NCBI GenBank assembly: GCA_964460615.1
Contig: CAYWPX010000006.1
Coordinates: 37,830-101,829, forward strand
Length of the DNA: 64,000 nt
Direction: 5' to 3'
Origin: an uncultured Planctomycetia bacterium
Lineage (GTDB): Bacteria > Omnitrophota > Gorgyraeia > CAYWPX01
Shown piece by piece: positions 17,838-26,153 of the stretch; the first letter of the stretch is position 1; each line of letters starts with the position of its first letter. Both the position numbers and the translations under genes were made by a program. The notes beneath the pieces are model-generated. The model was not told where the DNA came from and ran no database searches. It saw nothing but the letters and a program-made list of their open reading frames with translations.

Positions 17838-19052
17838 TCATCTTGCCATAAAATTAATCTGGAATATCGGCAAAAGCATTGAAACAACAATAAAACCTAC
17901 AACTAACCCTAAAGATAAGATCAGTAACGGCTCCAGCAAAGAGGTCATTACCCTTATGGTCTTATCAACCTGTTTTTCGTAGGAGTCCGCTACTTTAGCC
18001 AACGAACTTTCCAGTAAACCCCCTTCTTCTCCTACGGCAATCATATTTATAACGAACAGAGGGAAATTTTTACCTTTTGAAAGCCCATCGGTTAAGGTGG
18101 AGCCTGTTTGAACCTCTTTAAGGGCGGTCCTGACGTCATTTCTCAAGACATCGTTTGTTAGGGTATTGCTCACTACGTCGAGCGCCTCTATCATTGGAAC
18201 TCCGTTGGACAAAAGAGTGCTTAATGTCCTGGCAAACCTTGAGATTTCGGTTCTTTTTGTCAGTTCTCCAAAAATAGGGACCTTTAATTTAAAATTATCA
18301 AATGCAAGCCTGCCTTCTTTTGTTTTGATAGCTCTATTACCGATAAAATAAATTATTAAAATCCCGCTGAGCGCTAAATACCAGAATTTCTTAAAAAACA
18401 TGCTTATTGCAACCAAAATCATCGTCGGAATAGGAAGAGATTGCCCAAGGTCTTGGAACATGACAACGATCCTCGGGATAACAAATGTCAAAAGAACAAA
18501 TATGGTAGCCAAACCTACAAATGCCATCAAGGCCGGGTATGCCATCGCTGATTTGACCTTTGTCTGCAGCTCCAGCTGTTTTTCTGAAAATTCCGCAAGT
18601 CTTGCCAAAACTCCTTCCAATGCGCCGCCTGTTTCACCCGATCTGATCATACTTACAAATAAATTTGAAAAAACTTCCGGATGCTTACTCATCGCCTCTG
18701 AAAGAGTATTACCGTCTCTTACGAAGTCCCTCATCTGGTTTACGATTGAGGCAAGATTCTTATTTTCCGTCTGCTTAGTAAGAACATCCAGTGCTTTTAC
18801 AAGCGGAAGCCCTGCCCCTAATAGATCCGATAACTGCCTGGTAAATACACTTACGTCAGATAATTTTGCCCTATTAAAAAAAGAGAGAGGGCCTAAGGAT
18901 TTATTCTTAGAGATATCCTCTCTTTTGACCAAAAGAGGAAAGTAACCCATATCGGTTACTTTCCTTATTGCACCGTTTTCGCTTTCTGCTTCAATAATTC
19001 CTTCAACAAAATCTTTTGGGCCTGTCTTAGCTTTATAATAAAACTTTGGCAT
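17838..19052 (-). CDS. gspF: Inner-membrane platform protein GspF/PilC family
   Basis: 404 aa with two GspF repeats (3 TM). C-terminus PLLILSLGLVVGFIVVSMLLPIF. Confidence 0.9.
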   Translation of the reverse strand: MPKFYYKAKTGPKDFVEGIIEAESENGAIRKVTDMGYFPLLVKREDISKNKSLGPLSFFNRAKLSDVSVFTRQLSDLLGAGLPLVKALDVLTKQTENKNLASIVNQMRDFVRDGNTLSEAMSKHPEVFSNLFVSMIRSGETGGALEGVLARLAEFSEKQLELQTKVKSAMAYPALMAFVGLATIFVLLTFVIPRIVVMFQDLGQSLPIPTMILVAISMFFKKFWYLALSGILIIYFIGNRAIKTKEGRLAFDNFKLKVPIFGELTKRTEISRFARTLSTLLSNGVPMIEALDVVSNTLTNDVLRNDVRTALKEVQTGSTLTDGLSKGKNFPLFVINMIAVGEEGGLLESSLAKVADSYEKQVDKTIRVMTSLLEPLLILSLGLVVGFIVVSMLLPIFQINFMAR

Positions 19053-19089
19053 TTTTTGCCTGTTTGTTTATGGTTTTTGGCTGACAGCT

Positions 19090-19130
19090 TCGCCTGTTAA
19101 CGGACAGGCAGATCTGATAGCTGATAGCTA
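19090..19130. repeat. Intergenic repeat family A, degenerate copy 4
   Basis: cgcctgttaacggacaggcag...tgatagctgatagcta (G-for-C variant of the CATAGCT unit). Between the gspE stop and gspF start. Confidence 0.5.
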
Positions 19131-19133
19131 TAT

Positions 19134-20831
19134 TTATATCTCTTCAGCTACTCTAACAACTTCTTCCGGCGTCGTAATACCCATGACTATCTTTTCCCAG
19201 CCGTCCTGACGAAGAGTACGCATACCTTTTTCCATTGCGACTTTTTTTATCTGGTCGCTTGAAGCGCGTTTTAAGATCAGCTCTTTTATCGCTTCATCTA
19301 TAACAAGGATTTCGTAAATAGCTGTTCTTCCGCGATACCCGGTGAATTTGCACGCATCACAGCCTTTCCCTTCAAATATCCTTATCTTTTCTATATGCGA
19401 AGGCTTAACACCAAGCTCTTTTACCATCTCAGCTTTTGGCTGAACCTCCCTTTTACACTCACTGCATATAACCCTGACAAGTCTCTGTGCTATTATACAC
19501 TCAACTGAACTCGAAACGAGAAACGGCTCTACTCCCATATCGAGTAACCTCGTCACCGCCCCAGGGGCGTTATTTGTATGAAGCGTGCTGAAAACAAGAT
19601 GGCCAGTCAAAGCGACTCTGATGGTTATCTCAGCGGTCTCATAATCCCTGACCTCTCCGACCATCATTACATCAGGATCGTGCCTTAGCATACTTCTTAG
19701 GCCTGCCGCAAATGTAAAACCAATCTTTGGATTGACCTGTATCTGCGTGATACCTTTTATCTGATACTCAATAGGGTCTTCGATAGTTATAATTTTTTTA
19801 TCCGGGCTGTTTATTTTGCTCAAGGATGCATACAAGGTTGTGGTCTTACCGCTGCCTGTCGGCCCGGTTACAAAAATAATCCCGTGCGGTTTTTTGATCA
19901 TATCCTCAAGTATCTCAAGATCTTTTTTGAATAACCCGAGATTTTCAAGACCAAATAAGACATTGCCCGACAAAAGCCTAATAACAACACTCTCTCCGTG
20001 CGCTGAAGGCAGAATAGATACCCTGAGGTCAAGGTCCACGTCTCCCACCTTAACGCTTATACGCCCATCCTGCGGCAAGCGCCTTTCGGCGATGTTCAGT
20101 GATGACATGATTTTGATTCTTGAAACTATCGCAGATTTAAAATGCTTTATTGTGGGCGGGATCGGCACATCATGCAAAATACCGTCTATTCTGTATCTTA
20201 TCTTCAATTCGTCTTCATAGGGTTCAATGTGAATATCAGTACTTCTGTCACGGTAGGCCTGAAGCAATATCTGATTAACAAATTTTATTATCGAGGCATC
20301 TTCTGCCATTTCCTCAATATCTTCCGTCTTTTTAAATTCCGCCGGGAGAGCTTCTCCTACCGTATCCTCCATCATACTTTCTATGGTTTCAGCGCCTACT
20401 CCATAATATTTTTTTATTGCTTCCAAAATATCTTTCTCTCCGCACAATACAGGCGTGATTTCATATCCTAAGAGAAGCTTTATATCATCCAATGTCTGAA
20501 TATCCAATGGGTCTGTGACCCCCAGATTCAGATTGTTATCTTTAAAACTGATCGGCATCAACTTATAATGGCAGGCAAATTTGGCAGGAACCTTTTCTAT
20601 TACCTTGGGATCTATGGATGTGTTTTTTAGCTTAACATACCGGATATTCAGATGTTCAGCCAGCAAAGGGACAAGCTCTTCTTCGCTGATAAAACCCAGC
20701 TTGACAAGCGTAGTCCCTAAAAATTCATTGGTTTTTTTGTGCTCTTTTAAGGCTTTATCCAGCTTATCGGCAGTTATAATTCCTCGATCTAAAAGAAACT
20801 GTCCCAGAAGAACTGTCTTTCGCAGAATCAT
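19134..20831 (-). CDS. gspE: Secretion ATPase GspE/PilB family
   Basis: N-terminal GspE-N domains, Walker A VTGPTGSGKTTTL, Asp/His boxes, and a tetracysteine motif CSECKREV...CDACKFTGYRGR. Confidence 0.9.
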   Translation of the reverse strand: MILRKTVLLGQFLLDRGIITADKLDKALKEHKKTNEFLGTTLVKLGFISEEELVPLLAEHLNIRYVKLKNTSIDPKVIEKVPAKFACHYKLMPISFKDNNLNLGVTDPLDIQTLDDIKLLLGYEITPVLCGEKDILEAIKKYYGVGAETIESMMEDTVGEALPAEFKKTEDIEEMAEDASIIKFVNQILLQAYRDRSTDIHIEPYEDELKIRYRIDGILHDVPIPPTIKHFKSAIVSRIKIMSSLNIAERRLPQDGRISVKVGDVDLDLRVSILPSAHGESVVIRLLSGNVLFGLENLGLFKKDLEILEDMIKKPHGIIFVTGPTGSGKTTTLYASLSKINSPDKKIITIEDPIEYQIKGITQIQVNPKIGFTFAAGLRSMLRHDPDVMMVGEVRDYETAEITIRVALTGHLVFSTLHTNNAPGAVTRLLDMGVEPFLVSSSVECIIAQRLVRVICSECKREVQPKAEMVKELGVKPSHIEKIRIFEGKGCDACKFTGYRGRTAIYEILVIDEAIKELILKRASSDQIKKVAMEKGMRTLRQDGWEKIVMGITTPEEVVRVAEEI

Positions 20832-20888
20832 AATATCCCCTTAGTCTCAAAATTTTATTCTATAAATTAATACAGAGTAATTTGAGCT

Positions 20889-20944
20889 TATAATTATATT
20901 ATTAATATAATTATAGTATATCATATAAGTAGATTTTATTTCAA
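20889..20944 (-). promoter_or_regulatory. Candidate promoter of the gsp operon with two self-palindromic TATAATTATA decamers at the predicted transcript start
   Basis: Minus-strand TTGAAA-N18-TATACT (20915..20944). Two TATAATTATA units at 20889..20898 and 20906..20915 are separated by ttattaa. Confidence 0.35.
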
Positions 20945-20981
20945 TTAATTTGTTAGGAACAATCGGTTTAAAGGAAAGATT

Positions 20982-22229
20982 TTATAAAAATTTCTTTACG
21001 GCGATAGTTGCATTGTGGCCGCCGAAACCAAATGCGTTGGAAATAGCAACTCTGACTGTTGCCTTTCGGGCCTTATTTGGAACATAATCGAGATCGCAAT
21101 CAGGGTCAGGGGTCTCCTGATTAATTGTAGGAGGGATAATACCTTCTTTTATTGTCATAGCGCAAACTATGAACTCTACACCGCCGGCTGCACCTAATAG
21201 ATGCCCTGTCATAGATTTGGTGGAGCTTACGGCAAGCTTATAAGCATGTTTTCCAAAAACTTTTTTAATTGCAAGTGTTTCAATTTTATCATTAAGCTCT
21301 GTTGAAGTACCATGAGCATTTATATAATCTATATCTTCGGGTTTAAAACCGCCATCTTTAAGGCACGCCTGTATGCATCTAACAGCCCCATCACCCTCCG
21401 GATGAGGAGCAGTCATGTGATACCCATCACCACTCATACCGTATCCGGCCATCTCAGCATATATCCTGGCATTTCTTGCTTTGGCATGCTCAAGCTCTTC
21501 TAAAATAACCAAACCGGCGCCCTCGCCCATTACAAAACCGTCTCTACCCTTATCAAAAGGCCTACTAGCTTTTTCAGGCGCATCATTCCTGGTGGATAAG
21601 GCCTTTAATGCGCAAAACCCTCCGAAACCCAAAGGCGTAATTGCTCCTTCAGTGCCTCCGGCTATCATAACATCCGCATCGCCGCGTTGAATGATCTTAT
21701 AAGCATCCCCAATAGCATGATTTCCCGTAGCACAGGCCGTAGCAACAGTCGAATTGGGGCCTTTAAACCCAAGCATAATAGATACTTGCCCGGATGCCAT
21801 ATTTACTATAAGCATAGGTATAAGAAATGGCGTTATTCTGGATGGTCCTTTTTCGATATATTGAAAAGCTTCTTTTTCAATAGTATGAAGGCCACCGATA
21901 CCGGATCCAATTAAAACACCGGCCCTGTTCAAATCCAGTTTTCCAAGGTCTAAGCCGCTATCTTCGATACAAGACTTGGCTGCAACAATGGCAAACTGGA
22001 CAAACCTATCCGTTCTTCTTAATTCTTTTGGATTTAAATATTGGGAAGGGTCAAAATCAATAGCTTCAGCGGCAATATGGGAACTAAATTTGGATGAATC
22101 GAACGCTTTTAGTTCTTTTACCCCGCTAACACCATTGACTAAAGAATTCCAGAATTTTTCCTTAGTGGATCCGACAGGCGAAACCAAGCCTACGCCAGTT
22201 ACGACAACTCTTCTTGGGTTTGAGCTCAT
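20982..22229 (-). CDS. fabF: 3-oxoacyl-ACP synthase II
   Basis: [21 protein letters not shown]... with active-site Cys (ATACATG) and HGTST / [10 protein letters not shown] motifs. Confidence 0.92.
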   Translation of the reverse strand: MSSNPRRVVVTGVGLVSPVGSTKEKFWNSLVNGVSGVKELKAFDSSKFSSHIAAEAIDFDPSQYLNPKELRRTDRFVQFAIVAAKSCIEDSGLDLGKLDLNRAGVLIGSGIGGLHTIEKEAFQYIEKGPSRITPFLIPMLIVNMASGQVSIMLGFKGPNSTVATACATGNHAIGDAYKIIQRGDADVMIAGGTEGAITPLGFGGFCALKALSTRNDAPEKASRPFDKGRDGFVMGEGAGLVILEELEHAKARNARIYAEMAGYGMSGDGYHMTAPHPEGDGAVRCIQACLKDGGFKPEDIDYINAHGTSTELNDKIETLAIKKVFGKHAYKLAVSSTKSMTGHLLGAAGGVEFIVCAMTIKEGIIPPTINQETPDPDCDLDYVPNKARKATVRVAISNAFGFGGHNATIAVKKFL

Positions 22230-22238
22230 TAAAGGATA

Positions 22239-22478
22239 TTATTTCGTTGTCTTTTCTTCGATATACTTAATAGCCTCACCAACGGTCTTTAGCTTTTCGG
22301 CATCTTCATCCGGAATTTCCATGCCAAACTCTTCTTCTAAAGCCATTACAAGCTCTACCGTATCAAGAGAATCTGCACCTAAATCATCTACAAAAGAAGC
22401 TGAATCTGTTACTTCTTCCTTCTTTACCCCTAACTGCTCAGCTATGATTGACTTAATTTTGTCTGCTGATATCGCCAT
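22239..22478 (-). CDS. acpP: Acyl carrier protein
   Basis: 79 aa with [17 protein letters not shown] (phosphopantetheine Ser). Confidence 0.92.
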   Translation of the reverse strand: MAISADKIKSIIAEQLGVKKEEVTDSASFVDDLGADSLDTVELVMALEEEFGMEIPDEDAEKLKTVGEAIKYIEEKTTK

Positions 22479-22532
22479 TTAACTTCCTCCTTTTTATGAT
22501 TAATTAATAAACTGTTAAGCCATAATGCTTAT

Positions 22533-23273
22533 TTACGTTACCATACCGCCATCTATCTGAAACACATGTCCTGTTATATAACTTGAATTTTCACTTGCCA
22601 AAAATAGCGCCAAATTTGCAACATCTTTTGGCGTTCCAAGCCGGCCTAGGGGAATAAGTTTAAGCATTGCATCCTGGATCTCCTGGCTAAGTTTAGCTGT
22701 CATGTCGGTCTGTATGAAACCAGGAGCTATTGCATTTACATTCACATTTCTTGAGGCAAGTTCTTTTGCAACGCTTTTGGTAAATGCTATTACGCCTCCT
22801 TTAGAAGCGGCATAATTAGCCTGTCCGGCATTACCCATAATACCAATAATTGAAGCCATATTAACAATTTTGCCATAATGGCTTTTCATCATGGTCTTTG
22901 AAACAGCCTTCGTACAAATAAATGTCCCTTTTAGGTTAACATTTAACACCGCATCCCAATCAGATTCTTTCATTCTGATCAAAAGGCCATCTCGGGTTAT
23001 GCCAGCATTGTTGATAAGTATATCAATCTTGCCAAATTTGTCAAGAGTTTTTTCCACCATTTCTTCAACCTGAGCCGAATTAGTAACGTCCACAACAAAG
23101 GTAGCAACTTTTCTTCCGGTTTTTTCAATATCTGCCTTAGCTGCGTCAAGCGCCTCCTGGCTGACATCACAGATAGCTATATCAGAACCGTTATTTGCAA
23201 ATAGCATGGATATCTCTTTTCCGATACCCCTTGCGCCACCTGTTATTATAGAAACCTTATCTTTTAACAACAT
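22533..23273 (-). CDS. fabG: 3-oxoacyl-ACP reductase
   Basis: SDR family with TGGARGIGKEIS, NNAG and YAASKGG motifs. RBS GGGAG precedes the ATG. Confidence 0.9.
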   Translation of the reverse strand: MLLKDKVSIITGGARGIGKEISMLFANNGSDIAICDVSQEALDAAKADIEKTGRKVATFVVDVTNSAQVEEMVEKTLDKFGKIDILINNAGITRDGLLIRMKESDWDAVLNVNLKGTFICTKAVSKTMMKSHYGKIVNMASIIGIMGNAGQANYAASKGGVIAFTKSVAKELASRNVNVNAIAPGFIQTDMTAKLSQEIQDAMLKLIPLGRLGTPKDVANLALFLASENSSYITGHVFQIDGGMVT

Positions 23274-23331
23274 AGCATCTCCCTTTTTAACTCCAAATTT
23301 TCAAAAATTAACCCTCTGGAAAATTTGTTGT

Positions 23332-23359
23332 ATTTTACCAAAAGGAAAACTTTTGTCAA
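23332..23359 (-). promoter_or_regulatory. Sigma70-type promoter for fabG-acpP-fabF
   Basis: Minus-strand TTGACA-N16-TGgTAAAAT (extended -10), ~55 nt upstream of the fabG ATG, which has a GGGAG RBS. Confidence 0.5.
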
Positions 23360-23383
23360 TAATTTTCTTTAAATATTCTTAGA

Positions 23384-24757
23384 TTAGTCCAGCTGGAGAA
23401 GAAAACTCTTCTTTTTATAGGCTCGCAGGAATCCAGTTACTATCTCTGGATCGAATTGAGTGCCGCTGCATTTTTTCAGCTCTGCTACAGCAATATCCAA
23501 CTTCAACCTAGGCCTGTAAGGCCTATCACTAGTCATAGCATCAAAGGCATCAGCTACCCCGATTATTCTGGAAAGCAGCGGTATATCGCTCCCTTTTAAT
23601 CTATCCGGGTATCCTTCGCCATTAAACCATTCCTGGTGATTCCTTACGGCTTTTATAATACTAGGGCAAAGCTCCTTTATCGGGAAAAGTATAGTAGTTC
23701 CTATTATCGGATGTTTACTGACTTCAATTCTTTCCTCAAATGTAAGAGGGCCTTTTTTCCTTAGTATATTATCCGGGATCCCGATTTTTCCGACATCGTG
23801 CAACAGGGATGTAATATGGAGGTTTTCGCGGAATTTCCTGTCTTTAGCGATTTCCGGTAAATAACTTATCTCATCCAAAATAGACATGGAAAAACTTGTA
23901 ACGCGCTCTGAATGGCCCTGTGTATATGAGTCCCTGGCATCAATCGCCGTAGCAAGCGCAATAGCTGTCTGGATAAAAAGCCTGTGCTCTCTCGAAAACG
24001 ACTCCTCGACCTCTTTGACTCTTTTTTGCAGGCTTTTAATAAGCTGCGAATTAGTAATGGCCATGGCAACATCATTAGCCAGAGTAACAAATAGGTGCAT
24101 CTCATCCTTTGTAAATTTTTCGACTGATAATTTCCTGCCAAGGATAAGGACTCCCAGTAATCTCCTTTTAAAATAGCAAGGAACGCATATTGCGGCTTTT
24201 ACCATATCCATCTCTTTCCTTACTCCTTCAAGGAGGGACCTGAAACCTGCATCATTTGTAATTATGTTTATATTTTCAAGTGCCAGCTTCAGATCATCAT
24301 ATATTACAGCACCACTATTACTCAAAAGAAAATTCTTGCCTTCTTCAAACATGCTAATAAGAGCGCTGTCAACAGTAAACCTTATAAAACCAACGGGCAA
24401 TTTTTTCCCGACTTCGCCTTTGCTATCTATAAGAACATATGAATTTTTCTCTTCTTTGTACATTAAAATGCCGGTATGCTCGACTTTTACCTCTTTATCA
24501 ATAAGCCTGCCTATCATCTTTATAAGATGTTCAGGGCTTTTAAAACGGATCATGGATTTGGAAGCATTAAGGAGAGTTTCGTGATAATTGCGGGATATTT
24601 CTATTTCAGGGCCGATAATTTTCTGGCTTGGTAAAGGCGTTACACTTGTAGTACTAGGGTTAGGCCTGCCCTTTCCTTCCCTAACAAGAAGCCTCTCAAT
24701 AAACAAATTCTGAAAATTTAACCAGTTGAGCTCCAGAACCTGTTCTAATTTATCCAT
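23384..24757 (-). CDS. GAF domain / HD-GYP c-di-GMP phosphodiesterase
   Basis: HD motif (LLHDVGKIGIPDNIL) and GYP motif (HQEWFNGEGYPDRLKG). Its start overlaps the receiver gene stop (ATGA). Confidence 0.8.
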   Translation of the reverse strand: MDKLEQVLELNWLNFQNLFIERLLVREGKGRPNPSTTSVTPLPSQKIIGPEIEISRNYHETLLNASKSMIRFKSPEHLIKMIGRLIDKEVKVEHTGILMYKEEKNSYVLIDSKGEVGKKLPVGFIRFTVDSALISMFEEGKNFLLSNSGAVIYDDLKLALENINIITNDAGFRSLLEGVRKEMDMVKAAICVPCYFKRRLLGVLILGRKLSVEKFTKDEMHLFVTLANDVAMAITNSQLIKSLQKRVKEVEESFSREHRLFIQTAIALATAIDARDSYTQGHSERVTSFSMSILDEISYLPEIAKDRKFRENLHITSLLHDVGKIGIPDNILRKKGPLTFEERIEVSKHPIIGTTILFPIKELCPSIIKAVRNHQEWFNGEGYPDRLKGSDIPLLSRIIGVADAFDAMTSDRPYRPRLKLDIAVAELKKCSGTQFDPEIVTGFLRAYKKKSFLLQLD

Positions 24758-25182
24758 TATTTCCTCTTATTCTTGAATAATTTTTTTCCGGGTTTTTCCG
24801 GCAGATCAGAAATCAGGCAAACTTTTTTGACAGTTTCCAGTAAATCCTCTAAAAGTAAAGGTTTAGTTATATAACTTTCTGCACCTCGCGTCATAGCCTC
24901 ATTTATCTTTTCCTGGTCGTCAATACTAGTCACAATGACAACCTTGGTACCAGGATTTATAGTTTTTATATAAGGAAGAGCATCTAAGCCGCTCATCCCC
25001 GGAAGCTTGATATCCATCAAAAGAACATCCGGTTTTTCCTTTTCCACCATAGGAAGCGCATCGAGGCTATTATGCGCATAAACAACCTCAAAATTTCTTT
25101 CTTCAAAAAAGCTTTTTACAAAACCACAAACATCCTTTTCAACATCCACAATCATTAGTTTTGGATTTTTTTTGTCTTTCAT
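24757..25182 (-). CDS. Single-domain response regulator receiver (CheY-like)
   Basis: 141 aa. Phosphoacceptor region DVLLMDIKLPGMSGLDAL and conserved Lys (ITKP). Confidence 0.75.
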   Translation of the reverse strand: MKDKKNPKLMIVDVEKDVCGFVKSFFEERNFEVVYAHNSLDALPMVEKEKPDVLLMDIKLPGMSGLDALPYIKTINPGTKVVIVTSIDDQEKINEAMTRGAESYITKPLLLEDLLETVKKVCLISDLPEKPGKKLFKNKRK

Positions 25183-25313
25183 TATTGAGTCAGGGTTTGA
25201 TATTACATAAGCTTTTCGGGAAACTCTTTATCATATATATAATTCCAATTTATTAATTACTCACCCCTAAAAGCATCATAAAAACATCCAACCCCTCAGT
25301 CATCACCTCTTTT

Positions 25314-25748
25314 CTATAATGATTTATTTTCCCTCGCCGCAAAACTGATCTGGCCTTTTGCCACAATATCGTCCCCAACTTTGGCCTCAACTTCCGCAAA
25401 ACCGGCGTTTTTTATGAATTTCAAAATCTTAGACTCAATGCGAAGCTGGTCACCTGGCATAACCGGCTTTTTAAATTTTACATCTATGCCTGCAAAAAAA
25501 TATAACAAATTTTTCATATTTTCATCATGCATCATAACTATAGACGCCTGAGCCATTGCTTCTGTTATAAGAACACCCGGCATAATCGGTTCTCCCGGAA
25601 AATGGCCGACAAAATACGGTTCATTGACCGTAACATTCTTTATAGCGACAACTCTTTTTTTAGGTTCAAGCTCGACTATCCGATCAATCATTAAAAAGGG
25701 GTATCTTTGAGGGATCATCTTTTGAATCTCTTTAACATCAAGCTCCAT
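25314..25748 (-). CDS. fabZ: 3-hydroxyacyl-ACP dehydratase
   Basis: IPQRYPFLMIDRIVELEPKKRVVAIKNVTVNEPYFVGHFPGEPIMPGVLITEAMAQ matches the FabZ hotdog consensus, including the catalytic His. Confidence 0.9.
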   Translation of the reverse strand: MELDVKEIQKMIPQRYPFLMIDRIVELEPKKRVVAIKNVTVNEPYFVGHFPGEPIMPGVLITEAMAQASIVMMHDENMKNLLYFFAGIDVKFKKPVMPGDQLRIESKILKFIKNAGFAEVEAKVGDDIVAKGQISFAARENKSL

Positions 25749-25766
25749 AACTATCCTTTTATTATG

Positions 25767-25994
25767 CTAAATATTGGACATTTTCCTGCGATCTCGACCA
25801 GCAATATTATATTCTTCTTTTTCTTTTATCCATCTTTCTATCGAATCGGTATAAAATCTCCAGTCATCCCCTATCTTAAAAGCAGGGATCTTACCTTCCC
25901 TGGTATATTTATAAACCGTTTGAGGGTGGACACTTAAATACTCTGACACCTCGACTACATTCATAACAGCTTTTTTTGCTTTGTCATGCTGCAT
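25767..25994 (-). CDS. Small HTH DNA-binding protein (excisionase/MerR-superfamily HTH_17-like); start placed at the internal Met with a strong RBS
   Basis: MQHDKAKKAVMNVVEVSEYLSVHPQTVYKYTREGKIPAFKIGDDWRFYTDSIERWIKEKE. AGGAAGG lies ~8 nt upstream of the ATG at 25994, which puts the tandem 13-mers in the promoter region rather than in coding sequence. The ORF-track start at 26081 is unlikely. Confidence 0.6.
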   Translation of the reverse strand: MQHDKAKKAVMNVVEVSEYLSVHPQTVYKYTREGKIPAFKIGDDWRFYTDSIERWIKEKEEYNIAGRDRRKMSNI

Positions 25995-26015
25995 ACGATT
26001 ACCTTCCTTTAAAAT

Positions 26016-26041
26016 ATTGTATCTGATAATTGTATCTGATA
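26016..26041. promoter_or_regulatory. Perfect tandem 13-bp direct repeat (ATTGTATCTGATA)x2 22-47 nt upstream of the HTH gene start
   Basis: Read directly from the sequence. It lies upstream of the RBS-supported ATG at 25994. Confidence 0.6.
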
Positions 26042-26153
26042 CCTGTTGAGTTCTATTAATTCTTAGTAAACAATAGCGCAATAACTAAATATATACTAAT
26101 TTCTGCTAATTGTCAAGATATTGAAAAATATTACTTGTTAAGAAATATAAATT

